From NCBI RefSeq assembly GCF_009914755.1, contig NC_060932.1: a stretch of 64,000 nt of DNA, one strand, 5' to 3'. Of this stretch, positions 18,453 to 33,498 are shown one piece after another. Position numbers and translations under genes: made by a program. Position 1 is the stretch's first letter. The number at the start of each line of letters is the position of its first letter. The notes beneath the pieces were generated by a model. The model did no database searches. It was given only the letters and a program-made list of their open reading frames with translations, and was not told where the DNA came from. This DNA comes from the human T2T-CHM13v2.0 reference genome, Homo sapiens.

Positions 18453-19253
18453 GTAAATTGGTATCACAGAGAGTGAGATGCTGCTGTAAAGATATCCCAA
18501 AAATGTGGAAGCGACATTGGTACTGGCTAACAGGAAGAGGCTGAAACAAACAATCTGAAGGGCTTGGAAGAAGACAGGAAAATGTGGGAAAGTTTGGAAC
18601 TTCCTAGAGACTTGGAGGGCTCAGAAGACAGGAAGATGTGGGAAAGTTTGAAACTTGCTAGAGATTTGTGGAATGGCTTTTACCAAAATGCTAATAGTGA
18701 CATGGACAATAAAGTCCAGGCTGAGGTGGTCTCAGATGGAGATGAGAGACTTGGGAACTGAAGCAAAGGTGACTCTTTATAGCTTTATCAAAGAGACTGG
18801 CAGCATTTCCCCCTGCTCTAGAACTCTGTGGAACTTTGAATTGAGAGAGATAATTTAGGATGTCTGGCAGAAGAAATTTCTAAGCAGCAAGTATTCTAGA
18901 AGAAGCAGAGCATAAAGTTTGGAAAATTTGAAGCCTACTATGTGATAGAAAAGAAAAACCTATTTTCTGGGGAGAAATTCAAGCTGACTGCAGAAATTTG
19001 CATAGGTAATGAGAAGCCAAATGTTAATCACCAAGACAATGGGAAAAGTGTCTCCAGAGCATGTCAGAGAACTTCACAGCAGCCCCTCCAATCACAGTCC
19101 TGGAGGCCTAGGAGGGAAAAAATGGTTTCATTAACTGATCTCAGGGCCCCCCTGCTCTATGCAGCCTCAGGACATGGTGCCCTGCAACCCAGCTACTTCA
19201 GCTCCAGCTGTGGCTAAAAGGGGTCAATGTATAGCTCATGCCATTGCTTCAGA
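18453..19253 (+). mobile_element. THE1 internal sequence, truncated, with no 3' LTR
   Basis: gtaaattggta, gaaaatgtgggaaagtttggaacttcctagagac, ccaggctgaggtggtctcagatggagatgag. Confidence 0.9.
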
Positions 19254-19459
19254 TCAGTGAACTTATATTTGCAGGACTTAGCAGTAGAAACTCTTCAATC
19301 CGAAGCTACAAAGAAAAACACTGAGAAGAATAATCAGAGCCAAAGTGACATATGAGAAAACATAAAGCATTCTAATATATTTGTAACCAAATATCCAGAA
19401 GGAAGGCAGTGGGCAGGAAAAAACACAGAAGATTTAAACAAATGACCAAAATTATTTTA

Positions 19460-19773
<314 letters not shown>

Positions 19774-21350
19774 AAAATTCTTTTAAATGTAATAACAACT
19801 TTAGACTCACAAGTCTAAGAAGCTCAGCAAACTAGCAACACAAGAAACATGAAGAAAATCACATCAAGGCATGCCACAATGAAATTGTGTGATAAAGATA
19901 AAATATTTAAAGCTGCTAGAAGAAACATTACAAACATGAAAACAGAGATGAGAACGACAACAGACTTCCTGTCAAAACTATGCAAGTCGGAACAAAATGG
20001 AGAGAGAGTCTAAAAAAATCCTGCCAAATTAACTTCCTTATCCATTGAAAATATTTATTAAAATTAAAATCAAAATTAATATATCATCAGGCAAACAGAA
20101 GCTGAGAAAATGTATTGCCAGAAGACCTGAGTTAAAGAAATGTTGAGAGAGTTTTGCTAGCAGAAGGAAAATGATACCAGCTAGAAAGTTAGAGGTATGA
20201 AAAGGAATAAAGAGAGCCAATAAATGATAAATATATAGGTAAATATAAAGAATTTTTCTTATCTTTAAATGTATTTTCAAAATCAAAATAAGCTTCTATA
20301 AGAAAACCCTTTAAATACAAAACAAACAAACATAGGTTGAAGAAAAAGTATATATATGTGTATGTGCATATAGCTACACACCATAGAAACACGAAACAAA
20401 ATGACACTGGAGTGGCAATATTGATATCAAACAAAGCAGGCTTCAGAAAAACAAATATTACTAGATATAAAGAGTATAATTATATAATGATGAAAGCATC
20501 AATTTGTCAAGAAGAAATAACAATCTTAAATGTTTATGCATCCAACAGCAGAGCTTCAAAATACATAAAACATAAACTGATAAATTGAAGGGAGAAATAG
20601 ACAAATCCAAAAGTATCATTGGATATATTAACATCTCTTTATTAGCAAGTAATATAATAGGCAGAGAGAAAATCATAACGATATAAAGGGCTTGAACAAC
20701 CAGATTGACCTAATAGGCATAGTATATATTTTTAAGTGCAAAAATTGAATTTATACAAAGTATGTTAATTGACAGCAACAGAATTAACCTAGACATCAAT
20801 AACCAAAAAAACCCGGAAGTTTCCCAAATATTTGTGTGTTAAACAGCACATTTCTAAACAGCCCATGGGTCAGAAAGAAATCAGAGAAAAATTAGAAAAT
20901 ATTTCTAATGAACAAAAATAAAAGTTTTTACATAAATTTTTGTGAGATACAGCTACAGCAGTGCTTAGAGGGAATTTTTGTTAGATGAGAAGAAAGATCT
21001 CAAAAACAATCACTTCTTTTCACCCAAGAAACTAGAAAAATAAGAACATAATAAATCAGAACAAGAAGAGGAAGAAATAATAAAGATAGATAGGAGCAAA
21101 AATCTAGAAAATTGAAAACAAGTATACAATACAGAAATCAATGAAATAAAAAACTGGTTTTCTGAAGAACTCAGTATCTCTGATGAACCTCTAGCTAGAA
21201 TGATAAAGAAAATGAGAGAAATAGAAAAGAAATAAATTACTATTAACAGAAATGAGAGAGAAGACATCACTATAGACTCAAAAGATGTTGTAAGAATTAG
21301 GGAATATTATAAACTACCTTATGACAATACATTTGTTAACAGACGAAATA

Positions 21351-21649
21351 GGCCAGGCATAGTGGCTCATGCCTGTAATCCCAGCACTTTGAGAAGCCAA
21401 GGTGGGCAGATCACTTGAGGCCAGGAGTTTAAGACTAGCCTGGCCAACATGGTGAAACCCTGTCTCTACTAAAAATACAAAAATTAGCCGGATGTGGTGG
21501 TACAAACCTGTAATCCCAGCTACTTTTGTGTGGCTGAGGCATGAGATTCGTTTGGATCTGGGAGGCAGAGGTTGCAGTGAGCTCAAATGGGGCTACAGCA
21601 CTCCAGCTTGGGTGACAAAGCACGACTGTCTTTAAAAAAAAAAAAAAAA
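21351..21649 (+). mobile_element. Alu (old S or J type)
   Basis: ggccaggcatagtggctcatgcctgtaatcccagc through to poly(A); flanked by gaaata. Confidence 0.95.
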
Positions 21650-23799
21650 GAAATATACAAACTATTTGAAAGACACATTCAATTCAAGAAGAAATAGTTA
21701 AACTGAATATTCCTGTATTATTAAATAAATTAAATTTGTAGTTGAAACCCTTCCCACACACACAAAAATTTATGCACAGATGTCACAATTGGCAACTTCT
21801 ATCAAATATTCCAAGAAGAAAGCATATCAATTCTACACAAACTCTTCAATGAAAATAGGAGAAATAGCCTTTATGTTTTATAAGGTTAGCATTACCCCAA
21901 GTCAAAAAACAAAGCCATCAGAAGAAAAGAAAACTACAGACCAATATTTCCCATGAACACAAATGCAAAGATATTTTACAAAAGTAAAATTTAGCAATAC
22001 ATTATGACCAAGTGGGGTTTATTCCAGGAATGCAGTTTAGTCCAACACTGAAAAAATCATGTAATGTAATTCACCAAATAAATTAATAAAGAACAAAAAT
22101 CATATTATCTCCATAGGTACAGAAAAAGCAACTGACAAAGTCAAACAACTGTTTCTGATAACGATTCTTGAGAAGTAAATAACTTCCCACACAAAATAAG
22201 GATACCTACCGAAAAATGTTTGTTAAAATTATATTTAATGAAGAAAGGTTGAATATTTTCCCCTTAAGATAAAAAGCAAGGCGAAGAGGTTTGCTCTCAG
22301 TACTTCTTTTCAGCATTGTGTTGGAGGGCTAAGCATTCTAAGAAGGAGGAAGAGGAAAAGGAGGAAGGTAATGATATGCAGATTGAAAAGGAAGAAGAAA
22401 AAGTGTCTATTGTTCCACAGATGACATGTCTGTTAGAAAAAGGATTTTTTAAAATTCTACTAGAACTATTTGGTAATTTAGCAAGGTTTCAGAATGCATA
22501 GTCAATATGCAAAAATTAATTTAAGTCTGTATTAATAACAAACAACTGGACACAGAAATTTTTAAAATTTGCAATAGCATGAAAATATGCAATATTTAGG
22601 GAAAATTTAACAAATATATGCAAATATTGTACATTAAAAAATATAAAAATTTGAACAGAAAAATTATAGACATAATAAAGTGAAGAGAAAAACATATTCA
22701 TGGATTCAATTAATCAAATATTAAGACTTTAATTTTCCCTAGATAGATATAGAGATTGAATATAATTACTAACAAGATCTCATCAGATTTTTGTATAAAT
22801 TTAATAAACTTATTTATTTAATAAACTTTATTTAATAAACATATTTTCAACTTTATATTAAAGTGTAAAGTCTCTAGAATGTCCAGTTTTTTGAAAATAA
22901 ATAACACAACTGAATAATAAGGCAAGAAATATAAAATGGAAAAATGTTTGAACAGACATTTCACAGCCAAAGATACTCAACATCATTACTTAGCATCAGG
23001 GAAATGCAAATTGCAACGCAGGTACTGCCACCCACACACTGGAATGGCTAAAATTATGAAGACTGACAGTACAAAATTTTGTAGGAGATGTAGAGCTACT
23101 GGAACTTTCACGCATTGCTGATGTTAATGTAAAATATTAAAACAATTTTGGAAAATATTTGGCAGTAAAATTAATGAAAATAAACATAATATGCCTCCCA
23201 TCAATTCACTCCTAGGAATTTACTCAAGATAAATTAAAGTATATGTCCACATAAAGAGTTTCAGGTTTTCTTATGTAGCACAGGATCTAAAGTGTGTATT
23301 TATAAGCCATATTAAAATATTTGTAGCTGCTTCATTTATATTAGCCAAAAACTATAAATAACTTAAATGTTTATCAAGAGGTGAATGGGTAAGAAAATTG
23401 TAGTATATCTATAATACATAATATTACTCAGGTATTAAAAGAGGTAAGCTACTTATACGTGCAATAAAAATGAAAAATAAAAACATTATGCTGAACAAAA
23501 GAAGCTGAACCAAAAACACATTCTGGTTTATTCTATGTATATGAAATTCTATAAAAGGGAAATCTAATGTCTAATGACATAAAGCAGATCTGTGGTTTCT
23601 AGAGACCAAAGGTGGAGAGAGGGGACTAACTGAACAAAAGCCATGGGGAAACATTGTTGAGTGGCGTTTCTGTACTTGGTGGTGGTAGTGCATGCATTTG
23701 TTAAATCTCATGGAACTACACCCTTAAAATGGGGTGCATCTTATTGAGTGTCAATTATATTTCAATAAATTTTATTAAAAATAAATTCTTTTTAAAATA

Positions 23800-23934
23800 T
23801 TTTTATTAATATTATTATTGCAATAGTTTTTGGGGAACAGGTTGGTGTTTGGTTACATGGATAAGCTCTTTAGTGGTGATTTCTGAGATTTTGGTACACC
23901 CATCACCTGAGCAGTGTACACTGCACCCAATGTG
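23800..23934 (-). mobile_element. L1PB1-like short 3' end
   Basis: tttggttacatggataagctctttagtggtgatttctgagattttggtacacccatcacctgagcagtgtacactg. Confidence 0.85.
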
Positions 23935-23984
23935 AAAAAAATAAATGAAATTAATAAAAATCTACTCTCTTGAAAACAAAATGG

Positions 23985-24152
23985 CAGAGGAAGAGAGACC
24001 TGAGTTGGTATGTTCTTGCCCTCTCACCATGTGATGCTCTCTACCACGTTATGACTCAGCAAGAAGGCTATCTATCCCCAGATGCCAGTGCTGTGCTCTT
24101 GGACTTCTTACTATTCAGAACCATGAGTTAAAGAAACATACTTTTCTTATAA
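23985..24152 (+). mobile_element. MST-type MaLR LTR fragment
   Basis: gaggaagagagacctgag...caccatgtgatgc...cagcaagaaggc...cagatgccag...cttggacttc. Confidence 0.75.
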
Positions 24153-24991
24153 AAATAAAATAAAAATAAAAATGGATATTTTAAAGGAAAAGTCTTATAG
24201 TGGCTTATGTAATATCAAAGTACTAGGAAAGTGTGATATCATATTACGTTGTGAAAACTATAATATTGTCTGAACTTTAGTATCCCACTTTTCCACTTTA
24301 GTTTTTCCTAACATTTGTATTTTTCAAAAAGAAAAATTGCTAAGTGTGGGCATAGAGTCAAAATTCTAACATGTTTCTCAATAGCTAAACGACCAGATAA
24401 AGTATCATTTTATAAATACGCAGAAAGGAAGAAAGTTTGTATTAAAGTCAGCATGAATTTGATAACATGCCTAAGAAGTATGGCTGATTTCATTATCTAA
24501 GGACTCAAAGCTTTTTACCACAAACATACTAGTCATTCTTCCTGAAAACTCCTCAGGGGCAAAGTACCCAAATTTCACAAAAGGCTGTCATACTTCTCAT
24601 GTTTTAGAAAGATTCGAAAATATAGATGCCATTTACAGATCTCGACTTTGACTTCCATTGTTCCAGCCTTCTCCGTGATCTGGAATCTCACATTCCTGTG
24701 TTCTAACCCTTTTCTGCTCTTTGCTCTTAAAAATCAAGTTAAGTTCTGACCAGTTGTCTCCAAAAATACATAAATTTGGGATAGAATAACATATATATTT
24801 AGGAAGACGGATACACATTAATTTTAAAGTCCCACCTTAGTACTGATCAGCAATAAACATGGATATTTAAGAGGACTGCAAATCAAACACATTTATTTTC
24901 CTGTGTGATAGATATACCTATGTTTCTATGTAGAACAAATAAGGGTACAGAGAAACATAAGTGCATGGTTATATTACTATAAATTCCTAGT

Positions 24992-25258
24992 CACATGTTC
25001 TCACTTATAAGTGGGAGCTAAACATTGGGTACACATGGGTACAAAGATGGGAACAATAAACACTGGGGATTCTAAAACCAGGGAGGGAGGAAGAGAGGTA
25101 AGGGTTGAAAAACCACCTATCAAGTACTATGTTCATTACTTGAGTGACAGGATCATTAGAAGCCCAAACTCCAGCATCATGCAAAATATCCATGTAACAA
25201 ACCTGCAGATGTACCCCCTAAATTTTAAAAAATAAAATATAAAGTAAGTAAATAAATA
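24992..25258 (+). mobile_element. L1PA15/16-like 3' end
   Basis: atgttctcacttataagtgggagctaaacattgggtacacatgg...catgtaacaaacctgca followed by an A-rich tail. Confidence 0.85.
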
Positions 25259-25827
25259 CATATCTAGAGATTTGTGTCTACACTGAGGAAAATATATTTT
25301 CTAACATCTTAGAACAAGAATTACATACTATTTCCCCCAGTCACTTAAAAAAATTTGAGAAACTCTGCAACTTTTATTTGTGGAAATAACACATTAATTT
25401 AAGGTTGCTTATAAAATAGAAAAATATTTCACAAAAATGGATGCATTTCAAATAGAATAAATGTAAAGTAGTATTTATAAATTCATAAATGTATCCTCCT
25501 AACATTATTTATATTCTGTAAACAGAAATTCTATGCATTCTATTCACATTAGAATCCATTTGAGATAGAAAATAGTAAAATAAGAAACCTTTGGTTTCTT
25601 TAGAAAGTTGCCTAGGTGACAATAAGAACATAGAGAAGCCAAAATTAAATAAATAAAAGAAAATAACACACAGGTTCAATGGAAGGAAACATATGTATGG
25701 TAGAACAAGACTGAAATGTCCAGTAGACGTTGGAGCACTTTCACAAAAGAAAAATGTCACAGACTGTTGTAATAGTTGTAAGATGTTTGGTTTACGGGAA
25801 ATATTATGCTATTAATCAGCAGTAAAT

Positions 25828-26035
25828 CATAGTGGCTAAGAGGGTGTGATTTGGACTCAAGCTACTTACATCAAATACTGCTTGGCCACTTAGTGCTTAT
25901 GACCTTGGGCAGCTTTTAACCCTCTGATCTTCAGGGACTCCCTAGGGTTTTGTGTAGCTTAAAATGAGAAAATGCAAGTAAAGTGCTTACCATAAAACTT
26001 GGTATAATAAGCACCTGCTAAATGTAAACTATTAG
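25828..26035 (+). mobile_element. MIR
   Basis: atagtggctaagag...gccacttag...tgaccttgggcag...aagtaaagtgctta. Confidence 0.75.
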
Positions 26036-27600
26036 TGGGTAGTAGTAGATTATTTTTATTAATTACAATTGATAGAAGTGACCAAAGAAAGTGAAAAAGA
26101 ACTGGAATCATTCTTGTCATGATTATTTTAGGAATGGTGACTGAAAAGGATTTCAGGTTTTCTCCTATAGCAAATGATCTAAACTATAGGTTTATAAGCT
26201 GTACTGAAACATCTTGAAGGACATAAAGAAAATTCTATTTTCTTACCTTTAATGACCAGAATTTGTTCCATAGGTTACCCAGTTTCCAGTAGGAGCAGGA
26301 CAGGGATAATCTAAAAAGTGGATACAAAAGAGCAGTCTTCCATGTGGTAGGCATTGACCTACCTGAAATCAGAGGGGTTAGACCAGATTACCACCTGTAT
26401 GGCATATTTCCTTTTGATCCCAAGGCCTTTAACAATTATTTGTATCTCTTGGGATATAAAATCCTGCCAAATGAATTCAAAGCTGTAATTATAATGCCGC
26501 TACACAAGACAAAGGTGGCAGATTGGAGTGTGAAAATAGCTTGGGAGATCTCCTGTCAATCTACACTTGATACTGCTCTGGCAAGAATCTTTCTCAACTG
26601 GCTGCTTCCTCATGTGCTAAAATGCACTTTTACCAGAGAGCCCGCATGGCTGCAGAGGAGGAAGTGTTGCCGCCAACTTGATCTTTACTCTCCATAAGCT
26701 CCAGGAAAAGGCATGTGAAAAGTGCCATCTGTGGTACGTGGCTCTTTCTGATCTAATGCAGGCCTTTGACAGTATTAATAGAACAATGTTGCAGCAACTT
26801 CTCAGAAAATACAGATGCCCAGAAATTTTGGAAGGCCTTTCTTTTTAAATCCACCATTAACAACTCTAGAAGAATTGATCTGGGTAGGATCCAGTATTGT
26901 CTTTGTCAGGTTATGTCACATTTAGAAAGGGGAGAAAGCTCTGTGCATCTGGTTGTATTCATATCCTCCTACCTGGTCTCTAGAGATGTTATTATTGAAA
27001 CCGTTCAGAGATCTTCAGATATATTTTTAGCTCTACATTTGGAGTGGGGGATGGGTAAAAGAGCAGTGAGGTGAAGCCTATTACTAGACCTTGGATCCAC
27101 AGAATTGTGTATCTTTTTTGTATAAACAATTTTTGTCTGTGTGTCAGGAAAGCAACAGTTTACTAAAGAGCCACTTTATCTCAATTAAACATCTTGACAG
27201 ACTAATAATTAATCGGGCATTCAAATTATATTCTGCCAGGACAATAGCTGTAAAATTTATCCTCCTACCTGTCTGCTAGCAATTAGGGATTAACAAGCAG
27301 CTAAGGAAGAAAATAAACTTAATGTGCATTCATTGGTCATTTTTCCTTGACTACAGTTTATTTGTTCCACCTGGCATTACAGGCCGCTAATTGCTGAACT
27401 ATTCATTTTCTAAGAGATCTCAGACACATTTCCAATGCTATGGCATAACAAGTTCTTGAGAATTCATATCATGACATTTTATTAGCAGGGCTTTTGGAGA
27501 AACTTAAAAATAGACATGATATATGGAGGAGCATAATAATGAGGTGCTAATGAGAAGTCTGGGACAATAGCACCCTAGAATGGGATACATGGGATAATGA

Positions 27601-27926
<326 letters not shown>

Positions 27927-28185
27927 TATCCAAGTTTTGCTGCTAACAAAATTCCATGTCCTGTCTGTGTATAATATACCCTTCCACAGTTTTCAATTCA
28001 GGGGCAACTAGGGGTTTTTTACTAGGGGAGGCGGGTCAGGACAAAAGAGTAGAGATGGACCCAGAGGGAAATATACACTAATTGTACAGGGAGAAAAATC
28101 CAAACGGAACATTTTGTGAGATGTCTTAGCTGAAGAAGTAAAGAATCGATAGAGCAAAAGTCATTTTAAAAGGGATTAAATTTTT

Positions 28186-28680
28186 ATACCTATGTTCATA
28201 GCAGAATTATCCACAATAGCCAAAATGTCAAAACAACACAAATGTTCAATGATAGACAAATAAATAAACAAAATGGGATATATGCATATTATAATGGACT
28301 ATTATTTACCCTTAAAAAGGAATGAAATTCTGATACATGATACAACATGGACGAACTTGAAGATATTATGTTAAGTAAAATCAGTCAGACATAAAAGGAC
28401 AAATACTGCGTAACACAACTTATATCAGGTACCCACAGTAGTCAAATTCACAGAGACACAAAGTAAAACAGAAGTTTCTGGGAGCTGGAGGGAGGAAGGA
28501 AGGAAAAATTATTCTTTAATGGGTGTGGAGTTTCACTTTGAAATGATGAAAAAGTTCTAGAAATGAATGGTGGTTATGATTGCATAATGCTGTGACTGTA
28601 TTTAAAGCCACAGCACTGAACACTCAAAAATGGCTAAAATGGTAAGTTCTAGATTATATATATTATACTATAATAAAACA
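28186..28680 (+). mobile_element. L1MB-type 3' end
   Basis: atgttcatagcag...ggaatgaaattctgatacatg...aaaggacaaatactg...gatgaaaaagttctagaaatg. Confidence 0.85.
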
Positions 28681-28810
28681 TAGAAATCAAAACACATTTA
28701 AATGTTTCTCAAATTTGTCCTAAAAGCTTAACAAAGATGGAATACTCCATGGGTTATTCTATTTCTAGTTTGCACAGAAAATCATTTTGTTAAAAAGCTT
28801 GATCACCCAC

Positions 28811-29032
28811 TTTTTTTAAAATTTCAACTTTTATTTTAGATTCAGGCACATGTGCAGGTTTGTTACATGGGTATGCTTCTTGATGCAGAGGTTTGGGGTA
28901 TGACTGAACCTATCACCCAGGAAGTGAGCATAGTAGCCAACAGTTAGTTTTTCAACCATTGCCCCCTCAGTTCTTTCCCTCCCCACAGTCCCCAGTGTCA
29001 ATTGTTGTCATCTATATTCATGGGTACCCAGT
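28811..29032 (-). mobile_element. L1PA15/16-like 3' end
   Basis: tttcaacttttattttagattcagg..cacatgtgcaggtttgttacatggg. Confidence 0.85.
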
Positions 29033-30702
29033 GATAAACCATATTTGGTTATATCTTTGACAAGACAAAAAAATAACGAGAAAAAAACGTTTAAAAAAAC
29101 AAGATAGTGGAATTCCTTTTGAGTTTGATAACACAACTGTTTGTCCTTGTCCTTATTGAGAAAACCAGCCGGCAGGATTAACAAAACTCCTTATCCTTTC
29201 CAGTAGTTATTACTATTTGGGGAGGGTGGGAAATTTAGGGTGAATAAGCTTTTATTAAACTGTAGCATACAGTCTTTCCATTATCTTTTCTACTGCTTCA
29301 TTTATTTTGCACCCTAATCATTTTTTTTGCAATCAATTAAAAGTCCTTTCAGGAGATGATCCATTAAATAACTCCTAAGACAGTTCTCAAATGGATGTAT
29401 TCTACCTCCTTATAATACTAATTATTTAAACAACGGACAAGGCACTAAACTTTAAACCATAAAGTCATTAAATTTCAGTTCCCCATTTGTGAAGCTAAGC
29501 TGTAATGAGGATCCAAGTGTGTAGCAGAACACAATACTAAATGAGTTAGATAAGATCCAAAGAAGTATAGATCAGGGTCTGCAAGTACTCCGAGAAACGA
29601 GTGAAAAAATAGACACATGTTTGTATGAGAAAAGATATCAGACACACACACATGCATGAGAAATTTGATCAATTATATAAAATAGGGATATTTATTTATA
29701 ATGCCTTATCTTAAGGCAGTGACTATGTGATCTTAAAAACATTTGGTAAAGGAAATTCAGCCACTAATCTGAAAAATAAATACCCCATCATCATCCAAAT
29801 GATCATCTATAATATAATGCTAATGTTGTGGCAATTACATGTCTACGCCCCCATAGTGCTGTAGAGAAATAGCCATACTCTGTGAATAAAAGTGTTAGAT
29901 AACAGATGGAAAAGCAAAACATGCCATATGAGAGACCTTCTCAAGAAAGAAAATAACAGAAATAGAGATTGCTTAGAATATAGGTTTTAAAACAGACCTA
30001 AATGTAAAATGATCAGTATTTTACAAATCTTCCTTGTAACAAACAATAGCCCAGTTCTATTAGTTGACACTATAAACTTTGCAAATAAATGCAAAAATGT
30101 TGTAAAGTGAATTAGCTAAAATTTATATGCTATTTCTTTTGAAGCAACATGATCGACCAACTAAATACAGAATATGTAATTACTCTTACAGGATTAAAAG
30201 AAAATTACAGCTGTGCCCTAGGTAAAACTTTTAGAAACATTTGATTGTACAACTGACTGAATCTAATCATCAAAATAGGATGCAGCTCTAAATTGCATAA
30301 TCTCTATTTAGTTATTAATAAGCAATATTAATGTCTTCTGTAGAATAACAACACAAAACCAAAATAGCTAAATGAAAAGAAAAAAAGCAATTATCTACAT
30401 GTTTGAATCCATATGTTATATCTTATGAGTCAGAAATCTACACATCTTAACCTCATGTAGATAACACTTGCCCATAAATTTTAAGTGTCATCTTTCCGCC
30501 TCCTCCCTGTTTTGGTCTTTACCTGACATGCATTTCCAGGAATATTCTAGTTTATAGATTTCTGAACTCTGGTATGTATGCACCTGAGATTATCATTCTT
30601 AATATTGTTGGTCCATGGTATCACTCTTCATGAAAATCTGTTCTCCCGTCATGGTAATATTTAAAGATTTTCTCTTTTTTAAAAAGTGTGTTTTAATTGT
30701 GC

Positions 30703-31832
30703 TGACAAAAAGAGTAAAACTCTGTAAAATATTTAAAGTGGTTCATTCTGAGCCAAATGTGAGTGACCAAGGCCCAAGGCGCAGTCTCAAGAGGTTCCAA
30801 GAACATATGCCTAAAGTGATTGGGTTACAGCTTGGTTTTGCGTTGTAGGGAGACACAATACATGTAAGATATGCAGTGGTTCAGTCCAGAAAGGTGGGAC
30901 AGCTCAAATTGGGGGTCTTAACGGTCATTGGTAGATTCAAAAGTTTTCTGACTGGCCATTAGTTGATAGTTATTATTTAAAGACCTAGAATCAATAGAAA
31001 GGAGTGTCTGGATTAAGATAAGGGGTTGTGGAGACCAAGGTTCTTCTTATGTAGAATTGGTGGTAAATGCCTCTTTATCAGGCATTAAAATGTTTCAGCC
31101 TCCTAGTTAAATCTATCCTGAAAAGGGGAGGGGATTCTCTACAGAATGAAGATATTCCCCACAAGGGACAGCTTTACAGGACCATTTAAAAATATGTCAA
31201 AGAAATATAGTTTGGGGTAAAAATACTTCAGTTTCTTTCATGGGCTGCTGTCAAGTGATGCTATATTAAAGTCAGGTTGGAATTTGGTATCACATAGCTA
31301 CAAAGTGTCTGTTTTGTCAGTCTTAAGATCTCTATTTTAATGTTAATGGTGATCTGTTGTGCCTAAATTCCAAAGGGAGGAGGGTAGAATGGGGCATGTC
31401 CAAAACCCTCTTCCCATCATGGACTGAACTAGTTTTTCAGGTTTTCTTTGGAATCCCCTTTGCCCAGAGAAGGGGGTAGATTCTGTTGATTGGAGGGCTT
31501 AGAATTTTTTTTTTTTTTTTTTTGAGACAGAGTCTTGCTCTGTTGCCCAGGCTGGAGTGCAGTGGCACGATCAATCTCCGCTCACTGCAAGCTCCGCCTC
31601 CCGGGTTCACATCATTCTCCTGTCTCAGCCTCCCAAGTAGCTGGGACCACAGGCACCCGCCACCACACCCAGCTAATTTCTTTTGTATTTTTAGTAGAGA
31701 TGGGGTTTCACCATGTTAGCCAGGATGGTCTCGATCTCCTGACCTTGTGATCCACCCACCTAAGCCTCCCAAAGTGCTGGGATTACAGGTGTGAGCCACC
31801 GCGCCCGGCCAGAATTTTATGTTTAGTTTACA
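30703..31832 (-). mobile_element. MER4-family ERV1 solo LTR interrupted by AluY
   Basis: tgacaaaaagagtaaaactctgtaaaatattt...ttctgagccaaatgtgagtgacc; the other end reverse-complements to tgtaaactaaacataaaattct. Confidence 0.85.
31509..31810 (-). mobile_element. AluY
   Basis: gcaagctccgcctcccgggttcac, ttagccaggatggtctcgatctcc; TSD AGAATTTT at 31501-31508 and 31811-31818. Confidence 0.95.
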
Positions 31833-32184
31833 ACTGGCTTGAGGTAGATTATGTCAATTTTTCCTTGATTTGGGGTAATGTTCTTCCCATAAATATCCTC
31901 CTAATAATCCCTTCCACGTGGAGGCAGCTTCATTCTCCTGTTTATTTTGGTACCTCCCAGTCATCTCCCTTGGGTAGGAGATATGACATATTTGATTAGT
32001 ATGTTTGAGAGATTAATCAGGGTTGCATGTCTCAACATTTGCTGCCCACTTTTTCTTTGGGCAATAGCTGCCTACAGGAAGCAAGTTTTCTCCTACAATC
32101 TAGAAACACAGAGAAGGCTCCTGTTGGAGGACACCAAGAGTTGTCAATGCTCCCTGTGCCTGGAAGACTATGTCTAGTAGTTTA

Positions 32185-32596
<412 letters not shown>

Positions 32597-32779
32597 CTAA
32601 ATCACATTATCCAATATCAGCTTTATGAGCAATGAGGGCTCTTCATCTGATATGTTTCTATCTTATCTTTCAAATAATTCAGAAAGTAGGCAGGAAAAGG
32701 GGATGTTATAATTTATTTATTCTCCTCAAGATTCCATTTCTGAACCCTCAATTCATTTTTGTTTGTTTCATGGTTGTTT

Positions 32780-33498
32780 TGAAACTGCCTTTGCAAAAGT
32801 TCTAACAGTGAGAAAATTATGACAGTGAAAGAGATCTGACCTAACAAACTTCATCTTCCCTCTAACTCCAAATTGCCCTTCATCATTCCTGGGTGAGGGC
32901 CTAGCTAACTTTAGGAAAAATGTAGTTTATAATTTAAATAACAATAGCCCTTCTAAAAACTAAATTGCCTTTATAAATTAAGAAAAGGCCACATGTTTAG
33001 AATTTTGAGAGGAGCCTGAATTTTGATAAGATGTAGGCATAAACAACAGCCATTTTTGCAGAAGTCACTAGATTTGTAAATTCCCCAATTATTTCTATAA
33101 CATCATTATTATAGAACCTAAGAGTGGCCTTTTAAGGTGCCTATTCAGACTTTTGCATTACCGAGGACCAAATGACTCCTCTGGGACCCAAGACAAGACT
33201 CAACCAGTCCTGTGGCCCTACCTGGAATCAGACTCAGTGCACAAGGACCATTTTCTATACCCCTATGATTGTATCCTCAACCAATCAGCAGCACCCATTC
33301 CCTAGCCCCTGCCTTCCAAACCATCTTTAAAACACCCTAGCCTCCAAATTTTCAGGGATGCTGATTTGAGTAATAATAAAAGTTTGGTCTTCCGTTTAGT
33401 GGGCCCTCTATTACACTTTTTCTCTATTGCAATTTCCCTGTCTTGATAGACTGAGTGTATCTGAGCAGTGGTCAAGATGAACCCGTCAGGCGGTTACA
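32780..33498 (+). mobile_element. LTR8-family (ERV1) solo LTR
   Basis: tgaaactgcctttgcaaaa...gtgagaaaattatgacagtgaaagagatctgacctaac...gaacccgtcaggcggttaca. Confidence 0.88.

Noticed and set aside
18572-18665. Direct repeat gaagacaggaa(a/g)atgtgggaaagtttg, CRISPR-like at first glance
   Set aside because: Only two units, inside THE1 internal sequence where I recall this duplication being part of the consensus; eukaryotic context with no cas genes.
26344-27279. Consecutive 60-117 aa ORFs in unique DNA
   Set aside because: Non-ATG starts, no recognisable domain and no coding-like composition; lengths expected by chance.
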